64,000 nucleotides of DNA from Desulfobacterales bacterium (GCA_963674755.2 CAXXVS010000003.1:640001-704000); one strand, 5' to 3'. Shown: positions 37,527-47,602, counted from the stretch's first letter. Numbers and translations are program-made. The notes: generated by a model from the sequence alone, not told the origin.

Positions 37527-38912
37527 ATGCCTTTCGTGCACTTGATATTGGATGCGGAGGATTCCCCCGACGGTGGCGGGATGGATGAGGTGCTGTATCC
37601 TTCCCTGGAGGCGTTTCGTTCCGCCGGCATTACGGCCACCGGTTTTATGGTGGACACACGCGATGTGCAACGCGCCGAAGCGGTTGTACGAGCGTTGCGC
37701 ACGGACCCGGCCACCTACCTTTTGCCGATTTTTCTATCGCGGGATTTAGGTCCCCGCCTGGCCGCGCTGTGCGACGGCATACCTTCCGGTCAACAGGCGC
37801 GTGACGACCGCATGCAGCGCCTGCGGCATCGGATGCAGAAGCTTGCGCCCGAGGTGGAGCGGCAGGACCAGGATTTTCGTCTGCTGGCCTATTTATACTG
37901 TCGTCCCGAAACGGTCCTGGCCCCGATCGAGGATTGGCAGCAACGCGCCATCTACACCTATCCCCTCGCCGAAGTGCTGGCCGACGAAGGCAACCAGGCC
38001 GGCCCCTGGCTGCGACAGCTCGTCGAACGTCGCTATCTGGAACCCGCCCGTCTCGTAGGCCGGGTACGGCATTGCCCCACGTGTGAAGGCTGCCATCATA
38101 ATTACGTCGACATTTGTCCCCATTGCACCAGTATTGCCATTGCGGCCAAGCCGTTCCTGCACTGTTTTACCTGCGGCCATGTGGCCCCGGAGGAGACCTT
38201 TATCAAGGAAGGGCGTCTGGTGTGTCCCCATTGCCGGGCCAAGCTGCGTCATATCGGGGCCGACTATGATCGTCCGATGGACAACTACGCCTGCCAGGAT
38301 TGCGGCCAGAGTTTCGTGGAGCCCAATGTCGTCGCCCAGTGCCTGGGCTGCGGGGCGCGCAACGATCCTGACAAACTCATCCCGGAAGATATCCATACCT
38401 TCCAGCTGAGCGAGCGCGGCCGATCGGCCGCACGTACCGGGAGCCTGGAAGATATCTACGCCCTGTTGGACGATCTCAATTACGTGCGAACGCCTTACTT
38501 CGAATCCCTGGTGGACTGGCTGCATGCGCTTTGCCGGCGCTATGATGAAGAGGTCTTCAGCCTGCTGGGAATCCGTCTGAAGAATATCGAAACGCTTACC
38601 GATCGGCTGGGGCGTCATCGGACGGCCCAATTGATCGACGCCTTCGCGGTGCGCCTACGGGAGTCCATCCGTCTCACCGATTTGACCACCCGCGCCAGCA
38701 AGCGCAATCTCTGGATCCTGCTGCCCAAAACCGGGGCCGCCGGCCGCGATATCCTGAAGTCGCGGATTGTCGAGCTCAAAAAACAGACCCGCCAGGAGGA
38801 AGACGTGGCGCTCGAATTCGACGTGGTGGCCTACACCGCACCGGATGACATGCTGCCGGACGAGCCGTCCCGTCTGACCATGGCGCGCATCATGGGAGGG
38901 GAGGCCGCATGA
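37527..38912 (+). CDS. Cys-rich zinc-ribbon (TackOD1-like) protein with a degenerate GGDEF domain
   Basis: Six CxxC motifs and LRHIGADYDRP; C-terminal GGDEF fold with RLTD I-site and ASKRN in place of GGDEF. Confidence 0.78.
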   Translation: MPFVHLILDAEDSPDGGGMDEVLYPSLEAFRSAGITATGFMVDTRDVQRAEAVVRALRTDPATYLLPIFLSRDLGPRLAALCDGIPSGQQARDDRMQRLRHRMQKLAPEVERQDQDFRLLAYLYCRPETVLAPIEDWQQRAIYTYPLAEVLADEGNQAGPWLRQLVERRYLEPARLVGRVRHCPTCEGCHHNYVDICPHCTSIAIAAKPFLHCFTCGHVAPEETFIKEGRLVCPHCRAKLRHIGADYDRPMDNYACQDCGQSFVEPNVVAQCLGCGARNDPDKLIPEDIHTFQLSERGRSAARTGSLEDIYALLDDLNYVRTPYFESLVDWLHALCRRYDEEVFSLLGIRLKNIETLTDRLGRHRTAQLIDAFAVRLRESIRLTDLTTRASKRNLWILLPKTGAAGRDILKSRIVELKKQTRQEEDVALEFDVVAYTAPDDMLPDEPSRLTMARIMGGEAA

Positions 38913-40246
38913 CGGAAATATTGCGCCAGGCGGCTGAAATGCTCCTCCAACTGCTGCTCAGCCCCTTCAACCAGGGCTTTTGGGAGTTCATCCTCAAGTT
39001 TATCCCCTATGTGGTGTTTTTCGAGCTGCCCATCTACCTGTTGATTTTTGCCGGCATCGTGCGCTACGTGCTGCGCCGCTACTGGCGTGTACCCATACGG
39101 CGGCCCTACCGGCCCATGGTCAGCTGCCTGATCACCTGCTATGCGGAGGGCCGCGAGGTGGCATGTACGATCCGGTCCCTCTCGGAGCAGCTCTATGAGG
39201 GGGCCATCGAAATCATCGCCGTGGTGGATGGGGCCGCCCGGAACACGGCCACCCTGGAAGCGGCCCTGGATCTGACCGACATGGTGAATGCACGGCACGA
39301 CCGTCGCCTGACGGTCCTGCCCAAATGGCAGCGCGGCGGTCGGGTGTCCGCCCTGAATGCCGGCCTGAATATCGCCAAGGGATCGGTGGTCATGGCCCTG
39401 GACGGCGACACCTCTTTTGACAACACCATGGTGGCGTGCGCCGTACGGCATTTTGTGGACCCCAATGTGATCGGGGTAGCCGGCTGTCTGCGGGTGCGCA
39501 ACGCCGGGCGCAGCATTGTCACGCGCCTGCAGGCCATCGAATACATGCTCTCCATCCATGCCAGTAAGGTGGGGCTGAGCGAATTCAACATCGTCAACAA
39601 TATCTCGGGCGCCTTCGGGGTGTTCCGGGCGTCTTTCCTGCGGGCCATCGGGGGCTGGGACAGCGGCACGGCCGAAGACCTCGACATCACCCTGCGCATG
39701 AAGAATTATTTCGGCCGCCATCCGAATCTGCGGATCCGCTTCGAGCCGGAAGCCGTAGGGCACACCGACGCCCCGGAGACCTTGCGGGATTTTCTCAAGC
39801 AGCGTCTGCGCTGGGACGGGGATCTTTTCTACCTTTACGTGCGCAAGCATTCCATGAGTTTCACCCCCAATCTTCTGGGCTGGCGCAATCTCATCATGCA
39901 GCTATGGACCGGTATGTTTTTCCAGCTTGTGATGCCTTTCGTGATTCTGGCCTACACCCTTTACGTCATGGTGTTCTACCCACCGGCCTGGGTGCTGGCC
40001 GTGTGGGCTCTGGTCTATCTCTTCTACCTGGCGGTAACGCTGGTGTTTTTCATTATGTACATTGTTTTTCTGTCCGAACGGCCGGGACCGGATCTCAAGC
40101 TGGCGGTCTGGCTGCCGCTAGTGCCGATATTTACGTTCATCACGCGCATCTGGTGCGGTGTGTCGACCCTCAATGAAGGGCTTTTACGATCCCATCTGGA
40201 CTCCACCATGGCGCCCTGGTGGGTTTTGCGAAAGACCAAGTACTGA
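38909..40246 (+). CDS. Processive GT2 glycosyltransferase (polysaccharide synthase-like)
   Basis: VDG, DGD, SGAFG, TAEDLD and QRLRW motifs with N- and C-terminal TM helices. Confidence 0.9.
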   Translation: MTEILRQAAEMLLQLLLSPFNQGFWEFILKFIPYVVFFELPIYLLIFAGIVRYVLRRYWRVPIRRPYRPMVSCLITCYAEGREVACTIRSLSEQLYEGAIEIIAVVDGAARNTATLEAALDLTDMVNARHDRRLTVLPKWQRGGRVSALNAGLNIAKGSVVMALDGDTSFDNTMVACAVRHFVDPNVIGVAGCLRVRNAGRSIVTRLQAIEYMLSIHASKVGLSEFNIVNNISGAFGVFRASFLRAIGGWDSGTAEDLDITLRMKNYFGRHPNLRIRFEPEAVGHTDAPETLRDFLKQRLRWDGDLFYLYVRKHSMSFTPNLLGWRNLIMQLWTGMFFQLVMPFVILAYTLYVMVFYPPAWVLAVWALVYLFYLAVTLVFFIMYIVFLSERPGPDLKLAVWLPLVPIFTFITRIWCGVSTLNEGLLRSHLDSTMAPWWVLRKTKY

Positions 40247-42450
40247 TGGATTCAGGTTATCGTCATAGGGTGGCTCTTGTTTGCGGGCATATGGGGTTTT
40301 TCTTCGCCTTTTTTCTGGTCCTGTGTGTGCCGACGGCCGCCTTGGCCATGGAGACCCTTTCCTTGACGGAAATGGAGGCCGCCATCGCGGATGCCCCTCC
40401 CGTTTTGGTGGCGGCGGCCGCCCTGGAAGAAAGCCTTGCCCGTCTCGAAAGGGAGCAGGCCGCCAGCGGTTTGCAGATCCTGGGAAGCGGCGGCACGGGA
40501 TACTACAGGGAACCCACCGACGAAAACCAGGTGCGGGACTACAATCAGGCTTTTGGCCGGCTGTCACTGCGCTACCCCCTCCTGGGCACGCGGGATCAGG
40601 AGCGGTTGGACATCCTGGCCGCGGAAGCCGGGACCTGGGAGCGGCGCCAAAAGATGGCGGCGGCGCGTTTGACCGGTCTCAAGGTCCTGCGGGAAGCGTA
40701 TGTCCGCTACTGGGGCGGGGCCCGCCGTCTGGCCCTCGGCAGGGCCTTCCTGGAGGATCGGGCCTTGGTCGTCCAGGCCCTGGAAAAACGCCGGCGGGAA
40801 GGCTTTCTGCTGGATGCCGATCTGCAGGAGGTCTTGTCCGCCTTTGATCTGGCCGAGCGGCAGATGGCCAACGACCGTGCCGACCGCAAACGGGCGTTGG
40901 CCATCATCAATCTCCTGATGCGCACCCATTATTCCGCCTTCCACTGCCTGCCGCCGGTGCTGCCCCCCTCCTGCCGGGACGAGGATCGTCTGGTGGCCGC
41001 CATCTTGGATGCCCACCCTGAGATCATGCGGCTGCGCGGACGGGTTGACGAAGAGATGGGGGTCCTCAAGCTGAATCCCCTGAGCGACCTGGAGGCCCAC
41101 GCCGATTTGACGGGGTACGCCTCCCAGGATTTCCCGGTCGGGGAATCCGGCTATGGGGTGGCCCTGACCTTCCATTTTCAGATGCCGGCCGATATCGGCC
41201 AGGCGGTTTCGGCCCGCCGCCGCATGGCCCGGGCGGCCTTGCGGCAACGGCAGTTGGAACTGGAACAGCGCAGCGGCGAGCTGTTGGCCGAGGCCCGCGA
41301 GGCCTTGGCGCGTGTCGAGGCGGCCCGCGGCAACGTGGCCTTTGCCCGTCAACGAACCCGAACGGCATTGGAGCGCCTGCGGGAGAATACGCTGCGCAGA
41401 GGATTTCTGTCCGGCGATACGATCGAAACGCTGCAGCAGAGCCGATTTCGCTATTACCAGGCGGCCCTGGATCTGGTGGAAGCCGAGGTTCTCCAATTGG
41501 AGGCCCAGTCCAATCTGCTGCAATTCGGTGCCGGCGACTGCGGCGCGCTGGAGACCGCCCTGGCCGACTGGTCAGCGGATTCCGTCATCCCCAACGATCC
41601 TGCCTCTCCCGAATGGCTGGCCTGGCCCAAAGCCGCGCCCGATGACGGAGAAAAGACACCTCCGGTGGCGTATGCGGCATCCTCGGACGACATCGGGGTC
41701 TACCTCTGGCAGAGCAATGCCCTTTTGGCGTCGGAGGCCGGTCGTCCGGATTTTTGGCGCAGGCTGCGGGAAGCCGGGATCAACCGCCTGCTGATATCCC
41801 TCGACAGGGAACAGATCCGCAGGGCGGCCACCCCTGCCGGCGCCGGGCGGGTGCGTCGCTTCATTGCCGACGCCCATCGGCAAGGCGTCGCGGCGGACCT
41901 ACTGCTTGGAGAACCGAGCTGGATTTTGCCGGGGAAGCGGCGCGACCTTTTGGCCATCGTGCAGTCGCTGGAAGCCCTGCCGTTTGACGGGTTGCACCTG
42001 GATCTCGAACCGAACCAGCTGGACCCGGCGCTTTTTTCCGAAGAATACCTGTTGGCTCAGCTGGTGCGAACCATCGCCGCGGTGCAGCGGGTGAGTCCTT
42101 GGCCCGTGGGGCTCAGCGTGCATCCGCGCTATCTGGAAAAGAGCAACTTCAACTTTTGTCTGGGCTGTGCCCTGAGCAATCTCGACCTGGCCGAGGTGGT
42201 TCTCATGATCTATGTGGCGACACCGGAGCAGGCCGCCGACCGGGCGGCGCCGCTTATTGAGGCTTATCCGCAGATCCCCTTTTCCATTGCGGTCAGTGTG
42301 GAACCCTTTGTGGAGGGCGGCGCCAGCTGGGCGTCCATGGGACGGCGCAAGGTGCGTGAAGCGGGGCGCCATCTCTCCGCGGCCCTGGGTCACCATCTGA
42401 AACAACTCATCGTCCAGTCCTGGAGCGACTGGGAGCGGATGGTCCCATGA
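40246..42450 (+). CDS. TolC/OEP-like outer membrane protein fused to a TIM-barrel glycoside-hydrolase-like domain
   Basis: Signal peptide, OEP-type helical/beta pattern, Pro/Asp linker, then GVYLW...LLLGEPSW...FDGLHLDLEP. Confidence 0.7.
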   Translation: MDSGYRHRVALVCGHMGFFFAFFLVLCVPTAALAMETLSLTEMEAAIADAPPVLVAAAALEESLARLEREQAASGLQILGSGGTGYYREPTDENQVRDYNQAFGRLSLRYPLLGTRDQERLDILAAEAGTWERRQKMAAARLTGLKVLREAYVRYWGGARRLALGRAFLEDRALVVQALEKRRREGFLLDADLQEVLSAFDLAERQMANDRADRKRALAIINLLMRTHYSAFHCLPPVLPPSCRDEDRLVAAILDAHPEIMRLRGRVDEEMGVLKLNPLSDLEAHADLTGYASQDFPVGESGYGVALTFHFQMPADIGQAVSARRRMARAALRQRQLELEQRSGELLAEAREALARVEAARGNVAFARQRTRTALERLRENTLRRGFLSGDTIETLQQSRFRYYQAALDLVEAEVLQLEAQSNLLQFGAGDCGALETALADWSADSVIPNDPASPEWLAWPKAAPDDGEKTPPVAYAASSDDIGVYLWQSNALLASEAGRPDFWRRLREAGINRLLISLDREQIRRAATPAGAGRVRRFIADAHRQGVAADLLLGEPSWILPGKRRDLLAIVQSLEALPFDGLHLDLEPNQLDPALFSEEYLLAQLVRTIAAVQRVSPWPVGLSVHPRYLEKSNFNFCLGCALSNLDLAEVVLMIYVATPEQAADRAAPLIEAYPQIPFSIAVSVEPFVEGGASWASMGRRKVREAGRHLSAALGHHLKQLIVQSWSDWERMVP

Positions 42451-43553
42451 AAGTACGGTTTCGATCCCCCAAACAGCAGGCACCGGAGCGCGAGCAGGGG
42501 ATGCGCGTTTCCTATGCGCCCGCCAAACGTGTGATGGCACGCTGGCGCTGGTACCTCATTTTGATTTTGGTCTCCCTGCCGCTGATCTACCTCGTCGGTC
42601 AGATTTTGTACGGCTGGCTGATCGTTTCGGCACCCGGCTATGTGACATTGCGCAAGACCCCGGTCAACAGCCAGATCGCGGGCGTCCTGCTGGATATTGA
42701 GGTGCGGACCGGCGAAACCGTGTCGGCGGGGGCGGTGCTGGCCCGGTTGCAGAACGCGGCCATGGACAGCCGCGAGGCCGTATTGACGGCGGAGCGCGAG
42801 GCCCGGGAGAAGGCTCTTGCCGCAGCGCCGAAACTTTCTTTCGACCCCGACCGGATGCAGCGTCGGTTGTCGCTGGCGGCTGAAATGGTCGCCTACCGGC
42901 GGCGCAACCGGGACGATGTGCAATTTCTTTTCGAACAGGGGGCCGCCACCCGCGCCGAACTGCAGGCGGCCGAAAACCAGTTGCACGAAGCCCTGCTCAA
43001 TTACGAAAACGTGGAAGCCGATTTGGGCCGAATGCAGGCTCAAATCGTGCGCGCCTCGGCCACAGGCGAGGATGAGCTCGTCCAGCTGCAGGTGGTGCGG
43101 GCCGAACTGGCGGCTTTGCACCAGGCCCGCGAGGCGCTCATCCTGCACAGCCCATCCGCCGGCCGGGTGTTGGAGCTCCTGGCCGAAGCGGGCCAGAGTC
43201 TCGCGCCGGGTGATCCGATTCTCTTGCTGGGCGATACCTCCCAACCGGAGATCATGGCCTACCTGGACGCCCGATACGCGGCTTACGCCAACAAGGGCCA
43301 GCCGGTGACGGTGCAGTTTCAAAACGGACATAAAGCGCCCGGTGTCGTGATTCGTGCCCCTGAAATAACACGACGTCTGCCGGCCGCCGTCAGTTCCCCC
43401 ATGGGCTCCCGGGAGAATCGCCTGCTGGTGCCGATCCAACTGTTGCCCGGCGGGACGCCGGAACCCCTTGTGGAAGGTCTTCCGGTAACGGTTCGCTTTC
43501 CTTTTCGTTTCTTCCCGGATGCCGGCAACGGCGGCCTTGCCATTTCCCCCTAG
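42447..43553 (+). CDS. HlyD-family membrane fusion protein
   Basis: One TM helix, lipoyl half-motifs (IAGVLLDIEVRTGETV; SPSAGRV) around a coiled coil. Confidence 0.85.
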   Translation: MKVRFRSPKQQAPEREQGMRVSYAPAKRVMARWRWYLILILVSLPLIYLVGQILYGWLIVSAPGYVTLRKTPVNSQIAGVLLDIEVRTGETVSAGAVLARLQNAAMDSREAVLTAEREAREKALAAAPKLSFDPDRMQRRLSLAAEMVAYRRRNRDDVQFLFEQGAATRAELQAAENQLHEALLNYENVEADLGRMQAQIVRASATGEDELVQLQVVRAELAALHQAREALILHSPSAGRVLELLAEAGQSLAPGDPILLLGDTSQPEIMAYLDARYAAYANKGQPVTVQFQNGHKAPGVVIRAPEITRRLPAAVSSPMGSRENRLLVPIQLLPGGTPEPLVEGLPVTVRFPFRFFPDAGNGGLAISP

Positions 43554-43635
43554 TTCCCTTAGAGCTAAACAAACCTTCGTTTCCAGCGGTTCCCATCGCA
43601 CGAACCCTTTTTTCTTGCCAAGAGGATTGCTGCCC

Positions 43636-44553
43636 ATGAATGCCGCCACGCCCATGTTCGAAGACGCCGTGCCCCTGCCCGACTGGCTCACCCATGAATT
43701 CCCCTTCCGGCGGCGTCTGTTCCGCGGGGGCCGATGGGCCATGCACTTCGTGGACGAAGGCGAGGGGCCGGTGGTGCTGATGCAGCACGGCAACCCCATC
43801 TGGTCCTTCTTGTGGCGCAAGGTCATCCGGCTGTTGGCGGACGAGAGGGTCCGCGTGATCGCTCCGGATATGATCGGACTGGGACTGAGCGACAAGCCCC
43901 GTGAAGCGGGCCTGCACTCCCTGCGGTTCCATGCCCTGAACGTAAGCCGGCTCGTCCAGGCCCTCGATTTGCGGGATGTGGTCATCGTGGGCCAGGACTG
44001 GGGCGGCCCCATTCTGGGGCTGATGGCCGCCTGGCACCCGGAGCGTGTGGCCGGTGCGGTGTTTGCCAATACCGGCCTTTCCGCGCCGCGGAAAAAGCGG
44101 CCCTTGTCGTTTTTTCATCTATTGTCCCACCTTCCCCTGGCCAGCACGCTGCTGTTCAAGGGGGCCAACTTCCCGCTGCGTATGTTGCACCGGGTTCAAG
44201 GCGACCCCGCCAGCATCGGACCTCTCGAACGGCAAGCCTATCGCTGGCCGTTAAAAGCCTGGCGGGACCGCACCGCGCCACTGGCCCTGGCCCGCCTGGT
44301 GCCCACCGGCCCCGACCACCCCACCGCCCACGACCTGCGCAAGATCCGCGTTTGGGCCGAGGCTTTTACCGGACCGGTGCGTCTTGTCTGGGGTATGGAG
44401 GATCCTATTCTGGGCCGCGCCCTGAAAAATATGCGGGGTGTTTTCCCCACGGCCCCGGTCACCGAGACCCGGGCCGGACATTTTCTGCAGGAAGAAGTCC
44501 CCGATGTTTTGGCGGAAGCGATTCGGGCCGTCCTGAAGGCGCGGAGACGATGA
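43636..44553 (+). CDS. Alpha/beta hydrolase, haloalkane-dehalogenase/OleB-like
   Basis: HGNP, PDMIGLGLSDKP, QDWGG nucleophile elbow, GHFLQEE. Confidence 0.88.
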   Translation: MNAATPMFEDAVPLPDWLTHEFPFRRRLFRGGRWAMHFVDEGEGPVVLMQHGNPIWSFLWRKVIRLLADERVRVIAPDMIGLGLSDKPREAGLHSLRFHALNVSRLVQALDLRDVVIVGQDWGGPILGLMAAWHPERVAGAVFANTGLSAPRKKRPLSFFHLLSHLPLASTLLFKGANFPLRMLHRVQGDPASIGPLERQAYRWPLKAWRDRTAPLALARLVPTGPDHPTAHDLRKIRVWAEAFTGPVRLVWGMEDPILGRALKNMRGVFPTAPVTETRAGHFLQEEVPDVLAEAIRAVLKARRR

Positions 44554-44817
44554 TCGCCTTGTGACCCCAAGACAATTGATTTATGGGGACTGCCGGTAAA
44601 ATTTTGACGCAGCCGATAGGGATTTGACCGATCCGGCAAAATCTTCCCCCGCGGCCTCATGGTTCACCCACCCCCCCTCAAATGCTGACAGATGGGCCGG
44701 TTTTCATGGCCTATGCCGGAAAACGGCAGTCATAAAAGGCAATCGCGCGCGTTCTGGGTTGCGGTCGATTGGCCGTCAAGCATTCGTCCCCCATCGCTTG
44801 TCGATCACGTATTGGTG

Positions 44818-44835
44818 TTGGCAAATTTATTGCAT
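44818..44835 (+). promoter_or_regulatory. Putative sigma-54 promoter for the diguanylate cyclase
   Basis: TTGGCAAATTTATTGCAT with exact GG-N10-GC spacing. Confidence 0.7.
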
Positions 44836-44900
44836 AACGGCATAGTGGAAGGCGATTCAAGGCCGCTGCCACCTTAATCTCTAATTCGATTGTTGCTGCC

Positions 44901-47108
44901 ATGAGCCGAAAAGCGCTGAACATCACCATGACGAGAAACACCGCGTTTGCGCGGCACCGCCATCTTGTCGCGGCCGCCGGATTAGCGTTTGCCATTGCCG
45001 TTGTTACGGTCCACTCGGCCTGGCGCGGCGCCGACAAACCGGCGGGAACCTTTTTTGCCTTGGCAGCCCTTGCGGCGTTGCTGATCATTGTCGGCCTGGT
45101 GATATTCCGACTGTGGGCCGCCAACCGAACCTTGTCTACTGCGTTGGACCAGCAAACAACGGACCTGTTGCAAGCCAACGCCAACCTGCGGGCTGAAATC
45201 GACGAACGGCGCCAGGCGGAGCTGGCCCTGATGCGTTACAAGTCGCATCTCGAAATCCAGATCAAGGCCGGCACCTGCAACCTCCAGAAAGAGGTCATGG
45301 ACCACCGCCAGGCCCGGGAGATGCTCAGCGAATACCATCTGGCGCTGGAAGCCTCCGATGAGATGGTCACGGTCCTGGACCGCCGTTACATCTTCCGTAT
45401 GGTCAACGACGCCTACCTCAAGCGGCGCAGGACGGCCCGCGAGAAAATCATCGGCACCTCCATTGTCGATGCCATCGGCGAGGACGCCTTCCATGCCATC
45501 AAGCCCCATCTCGAGGCCTGCTTCCAGGGGGAAGTGGTGGAATATGAAATGGTGCGGGAAAACCATACCATGGGGAAGCGCCACCTGCTCGTGCGCTACT
45601 ACCCGGTCCGTTCCGCCTCCGGCCGCGTCAACCGCGTGGTGAGCGTGATCAAGGACATCACCGCCGTCAAACGGGCCGAGGAGGACCGTGAACGATTGTT
45701 CAGCCTGTCCATCGATCCCATTTGCGTGGCGGACTTCAACGGGTATTTCAAGGATCTCAATTCGGCCTGGACCCGGGTTCTCGGTTGGTCCAAGGAGGAG
45801 CTGCTCAGCATTCCCTGGTTTTCCTTCGTGCATCCCGACGATGCCGCCGCCACCGAAGCTGTTGGACGCAAACTCACCGCGGGCGAATCCGTCCGGGATT
45901 TCCGCAACCGGTATGTGGGCAAGGACGGCCGTATCTGTTGGCTCGAGTGGAATGTGACCCCCGACGTCCAGGAAGGGCTCATTTACGCCGTAGCAAGGGA
46001 TGTGACCGATCAGATCAAATCCCAGGAGAAGATCAAACTCAACGAAGAACGGCTGCAATCCCTGCTGAAGCTGAGCCAGATGAGTAGTGTGAGCGATGAA
46101 AAAATTCGCGCTTACGCCCTCGAAGAGATTGTACGCCTGACCCGCAGCAAGGCGGGCTACCTGCATTTTGTAAACGAGGAAACCCAATCGCTTGAGCTGG
46201 TGGCATGGTCCAAGGACGTCCGGCAGGCCTGTCGGGCGGACAAGACCCGTCATTATGCCCTGGACAAAGCCGGTGTGTGGGCCGACAGTGTCCGCCTGCG
46301 CCGCCCCATCATTCACAACGATTTCCAAAATGTTCCCGACAAGAAGGGCATGCCCGCAGGGCATTTCCCCATCCATCGCCATATGAGCGTTCCGGTGATG
46401 GACAACGGCCGCATCGTGGCCGTGGCCGGAGTGGGCAACAAGGAAACGGATTACAACGAATCGGACGTCAACCAATTGACATTGTTCATGACCAGCATGT
46501 GGTCCATCATCAAACAGAAGCGGGCCCAGCAGATCCTGAAGAAATACTCCATGGAGGACGGCCTGACCGCTCTGGCCAATCGCCGTCGTTTCGATGCCGC
46601 TCTGGAGAGCGAGTGGCAGCGCGCCATGCGGGAGCAAAAGCCCCTGGCCCTGATCATGATGGATATCGACTATTTCAAAGGCTTTAACGATATCTACGGC
46701 CACCAGGCCGGTGACGATTGCCTGAAGAAGGTGGCGGCCTGTCTGCGGAAGAATGTCCGCCGGGCCGGCGATCTGGTGGCGCGCTACGGCGGCGAAGAAT
46801 TCGTTGTGGTATTGCCCAACACCGATCTGGCGGGCGGGCGCGAGGTGGCCGAAACCATGCATCGCACGGTACGGGACATGAAGCTCCGTCATAAGGGCGC
46901 CCGCGGGCGGGATTATTTGACCATCAGCGCCGGCGTGGCCTCCGGCATCCCCAGGCAGGGGCGGGGGGCGGCTGAACTGCTGGAAAAGGCGGACCGGGCC
47001 CTATACCGGGCCAAAGGGGCCGGACGCGACTGTGTCAAGTCTGATGCGGGATCTACTGAGTCGCCTGGCGGACAGCCGGAGCGGATGCCGGCGGCCAACT
47101 TCGGGTAA
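44901..47108 (+). CDS. Membrane-anchored PAS-PAS-GAF diguanylate cyclase
   Basis: Two TM helices, two PAS/PAC domains, GAF, DGLTALANRR, DIDYFK, RAGD I-site, intact GGEEF. Confidence 0.93.
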   Translation: MSRKALNITMTRNTAFARHRHLVAAAGLAFAIAVVTVHSAWRGADKPAGTFFALAALAALLIIVGLVIFRLWAANRTLSTALDQQTTDLLQANANLRAEIDERRQAELALMRYKSHLEIQIKAGTCNLQKEVMDHRQAREMLSEYHLALEASDEMVTVLDRRYIFRMVNDAYLKRRRTAREKIIGTSIVDAIGEDAFHAIKPHLEACFQGEVVEYEMVRENHTMGKRHLLVRYYPVRSASGRVNRVVSVIKDITAVKRAEEDRERLFSLSIDPICVADFNGYFKDLNSAWTRVLGWSKEELLSIPWFSFVHPDDAAATEAVGRKLTAGESVRDFRNRYVGKDGRICWLEWNVTPDVQEGLIYAVARDVTDQIKSQEKIKLNEERLQSLLKLSQMSSVSDEKIRAYALEEIVRLTRSKAGYLHFVNEETQSLELVAWSKDVRQACRADKTRHYALDKAGVWADSVRLRRPIIHNDFQNVPDKKGMPAGHFPIHRHMSVPVMDNGRIVAVAGVGNKETDYNESDVNQLTLFMTSMWSIIKQKRAQQILKKYSMEDGLTALANRRRFDAALESEWQRAMREQKPLALIMMDIDYFKGFNDIYGHQAGDDCLKKVAACLRKNVRRAGDLVARYGGEEFVVVLPNTDLAGGREVAETMHRTVRDMKLRHKGARGRDYLTISAGVASGIPRQGRGAAELLEKADRALYRAKGAGRDCVKSDAGSTESPGGQPERMPAANFG

Positions 47109-47258
47109 AAGCCGCGCCGCCTGCCGACAAGGAGCCCCTGCGGTAGCTCTGACCAAATCAGGATTATCCTTAACAGGAGATTTGCCGGGATCCCGGATAG
47201 CGCTTTAAGGGGCTCGGCCAAATAGGATTGTCCACGGACGTTTGAAGTCCGTTTGGAC

Positions 47259-47462
47259 ATGGAGGCCATCATGATGTTGACGGATATGGAACTGATGCAC
47301 CAATATGCTAAAGACGACAGCCCCCAAAAGCGGCTGGGTCGACAGCGCCTGCTGGAATCCTGGATCGCGGCCGGTTGCCTGACACCGGAAGAGACGCACG
47401 AAGCCGGCCGGGTGCTCAAATTATTGCGCGAACGGGGGTGCAGGACAAAACGCGCTGCCTGA
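47259..47462 (+). CDS. Small hypothetical protein
   Basis: Short ORF; a GGAGG at 47261 suggests the true start may be a slightly later ATG; no family recognised. Confidence 0.45.
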   Translation: MEAIMMLTDMELMHQYAKDDSPQKRLGRQRLLESWIAAGCLTPEETHEAGRVLKLLRERGCRTKRAA

Positions 47463-47602
47463 CACACGGATCGAACAGCTCCGGTCGGCCGGCGTCCGGG
47501 CGATCGGCAGCCTTCCCACCTATCTCTGATTAACGCTCTCCCTTACCCAAAGGATTGCCCCTCTGTCGATGAAGACCCGACGCAGACGCTCTCTTCGCAA
47601 TC

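Noticed and set aside
44597..44619. Sigma-28 promoter upstream of the diguanylate cyclase (TAAA...GCCGATAG)
   Set aside because: The spacer is 11 nt rather than 15; the sigma-54 element downstream fits better.
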